Below, one piece after another: positions 21,472-24,000 of a stretch of 24,000 bases of DNA (the first letter of the stretch is position 1; every line of letters starts with the position of its first letter). A program made the translations under genes and the position numbers. This DNA comes from Escherichia coli. GTDB lineage: Bacteria; Pseudomonadota; Gammaproteobacteria; Enterobacterales; Enterobacteriaceae. Under the pieces are notes generated by a model, which worked only from the letters and a program-made list of their open reading frames with translations, ran no database searches and was not told the DNA's origin. The DNA is taken from assembly GCF_044094645.1 (NCBI RefSeq), contig NZ_CP172017.1; one strand, given 5' to 3'.

Positions 21472-22554
21472 GTGAAACCAGTAACGTTATACGATGTCGC
21501 AGAGTATGCCGGTGTCTCTTATCAGACCGTTTCCCGCGTGGTGAACCAGGCCAGCCACGTTTCTGCGAAAACGCGGGAAAAAGTGGAAGCGGCGATGGCG
21601 GAGCTGAATTACATTCCCAACCGCGTGGCACAACAACTGGCGGGCAAACAGTCGTTGCTGATTGGCGTTGCCACCTCCAGTCTGGCCCTGCACGCGCCGT
21701 CGCAAATTGTCGCGGCGATTAAATCTCGCGCCGATCAACTGGGTGCCAGCGTGGTGGTGTCGATGGTAGAACGAAGCGGCGTCGAAGCCTGTAAAGCGGC
21801 GGTGCACAATCTTCTCGCGCAACGCGTCAGTGGGCTGATCATTAACTATCCGCTGGATGACCAGGATGCCATTGCTGTGGAAGCTGCCTGCACTAATGTT
21901 CCGGCGTTATTTCTTGATGTCTCTGACCAGACACCCATCAACAGTATTATTTTCTCCCATGAAGACGGTACGCGACTGGGCGTGGAGCATCTGGTCGCAT
22001 TGGGTCACCAGCAAATCGCGCTGTTAGCGGGCCCATTAAGTTCTGTCTCGGCGCGTCTGCGTCTGGCTGGCTGGCATAAATATCTCACTCGCAATCAAAT
22101 TCAGCCGATAGCGGAACGGGAAGGCGACTGGAGTGCCATGTCCGGTTTTCAACAAACCATGCAAATGCTGAATGAGGGCATCGTTCCCACTGCGATGCTG
22201 GTTGCCAACGATCAGATGGCGCTGGGCGCAATGCGCGCCATTACCGAGTCCGGGCTGCGCGTTGGTGCGGATATCTCGGTAGTGGGATACGACGATACCG
22301 AAGACAGCTCATGTTATATCCCGCCGTTAACCACCATCAAACAGGATTTTCGCCTGCTGGGGCAAACCAGCGTGGACCGCTTGCTGCAACTCTCTCAGGG
22401 CCAGGCGGTGAAGGGCAATCAGCTGTTGCCCGTCTCACTGGTGAAAAGAAAAACCACCCTGGCGCCCAATACGCAAACCGCCTCTCCCCGCGCGTTGGCC
22501 GATTCATTAATGCAGCTGGCACGACAGGTTTCCCGACTGGAAAGCGGGCAGTGA
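21472..22554 (+). CDS. lacI: Lactose operon repressor LacI, 360 aa (GTG start)
   Basis: GTG 21472 begins the canonical (M)KPVTLYDVAEYAGVSYQTVSRVVNQASHVSAKTREKVEAAMAELNYIPNRVAQQLAGK...ARQVSRLESGQ. The ORF-track start at 21463 is an upstream in-frame GTG. Confidence 0.97.
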   Translation: MKPVTLYDVAEYAGVSYQTVSRVVNQASHVSAKTREKVEAAMAELNYIPNRVAQQLAGKQSLLIGVATSSLALHAPSQIVAAIKSRADQLGASVVVSMVERSGVEACKAAVHNLLAQRVSGLIINYPLDDQDAIAVEAACTNVPALFLDVSDQTPINSIIFSHEDGTRLGVEHLVALGHQQIALLAGPLSSVSARLRLAGWHKYLTRNQIQPIAEREGDWSAMSGFQQTMQMLNEGIVPTAMLVANDQMALGAMRAITESGLRVGADISVVGYDDTEDSSCYIPPLTTIKQDFRLLGQTSVDRLLQLSQGQAVKGNQLLPVSLVKRKTTLAPNTQTASPRALADSLMQLARQVSRLESGQ

Positions 22555-22567
22555 GCGCAACGCAATT
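22547..22567 (+). promoter_or_regulatory. lac auxiliary operator O3
   Basis: 'ggcagtgagcgcaacgcaatt' spans the lacI stop codon and is identical to the textbook O3. Confidence 0.85.
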
Positions 22568-22588
22568 AATGTGAGTTAGCTCACTCAT
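22567..22588 (+). promoter_or_regulatory. CRP (CAP)-cAMP binding site of the lac promoter
   Basis: 'taatgtgagttagctcactcat' carries the TGTGA (22570-22574) and TCACT (22581-22585) half sites. Confidence 0.9.
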
Positions 22589-22602
22589 TAGGCACCCCAG
22601 GC

Positions 22603-22632
22603 TTTACACTTTATGCTTCCGGCTCGTATGTT
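22603..22632 (+). promoter_or_regulatory. lacZYA promoter, wild type (-35 TTTACA, -10 TATGTT)
   Basis: TTTACA lies at 22603-22608, followed by an 18-bp spacer and TATGTT at 22627-22632. This is not the UV5 (TATAAT) variant. Confidence 0.92.
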
Positions 22633-22638
22633 GTGTGG

Positions 22639-24000
<1,362 letters not shown>

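Noticed and set aside
21405-21822. 105-aa plus-strand and 111-aa minus-strand ORFs overlapping lacI.
   Set aside because: They are off-frame or antisense to the canonical LacI reading frame, which is complete and exact.

Overview
The window is Escherichia coli chromosomal DNA covering ddlA to lacZ, in the opposite orientation to the K-12 MG1655 map as I remember it. I recognise 23 protein-coding genes from their translations: ddlA (partial), yaiZ, yaiY, yaiW, sbmA, ampH, yaiV, yaiT, hemB, tauD, tauC, tauB, tauA, yaiS, yaiP, yaiX, yaiO, frmR, frmA, frmB, yaiL, lacI and lacZ (partial, and missing from the supplied ORF track because it has no stop in the window). The full wild-type lac control region is readable (O3, CAP site, -35/-10, O1, O2). 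So are the lacI promoter, the FrmR operator palindrome, a four-REP BIME cluster and several hairpins. I found no rRNA, tRNA, CRISPR array, IS element, integrase, phage gene or recognisable defence system. Most of the window is ordinary core genome. Three differences from K-12, all judged from memory of that map, stand out. yaiT is one intact 995-aa autotransporter gene, with no IS3. yaiX is uninterrupted, with no IS2. lacI lies 201 bp from yaiL, so the whole mhpR-mhpABCDFE-mhpT cluster is absent. The best candidate for an undescribed system is the intact, tightly packed yaiS-yaiP-yaiX-yaiO operon. It encodes a cytoplasmic PIG-L/LmbE-type deacetylase, a membrane GT2 with processive-synthase motifs, a GlmU-C-terminal-like hexapeptide acetyltransferase and an outer-membrane beta-barrel, downstream of a ~24% GC region. 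I interpret it as a possibly silenced amino-sugar glycan synthesis and export module, and that interpretation is inference only. Smaller observations: an out-of-frame yaiP/yaiX overlap of 134-152 nt; a perfect 12-bp hairpin burying the longest-ORF start of yaiV; a sharp codon-usage break inside yaiT; a C10 tract upstream of the frmR promoter; and a clustered-substitution patch in lacZ.
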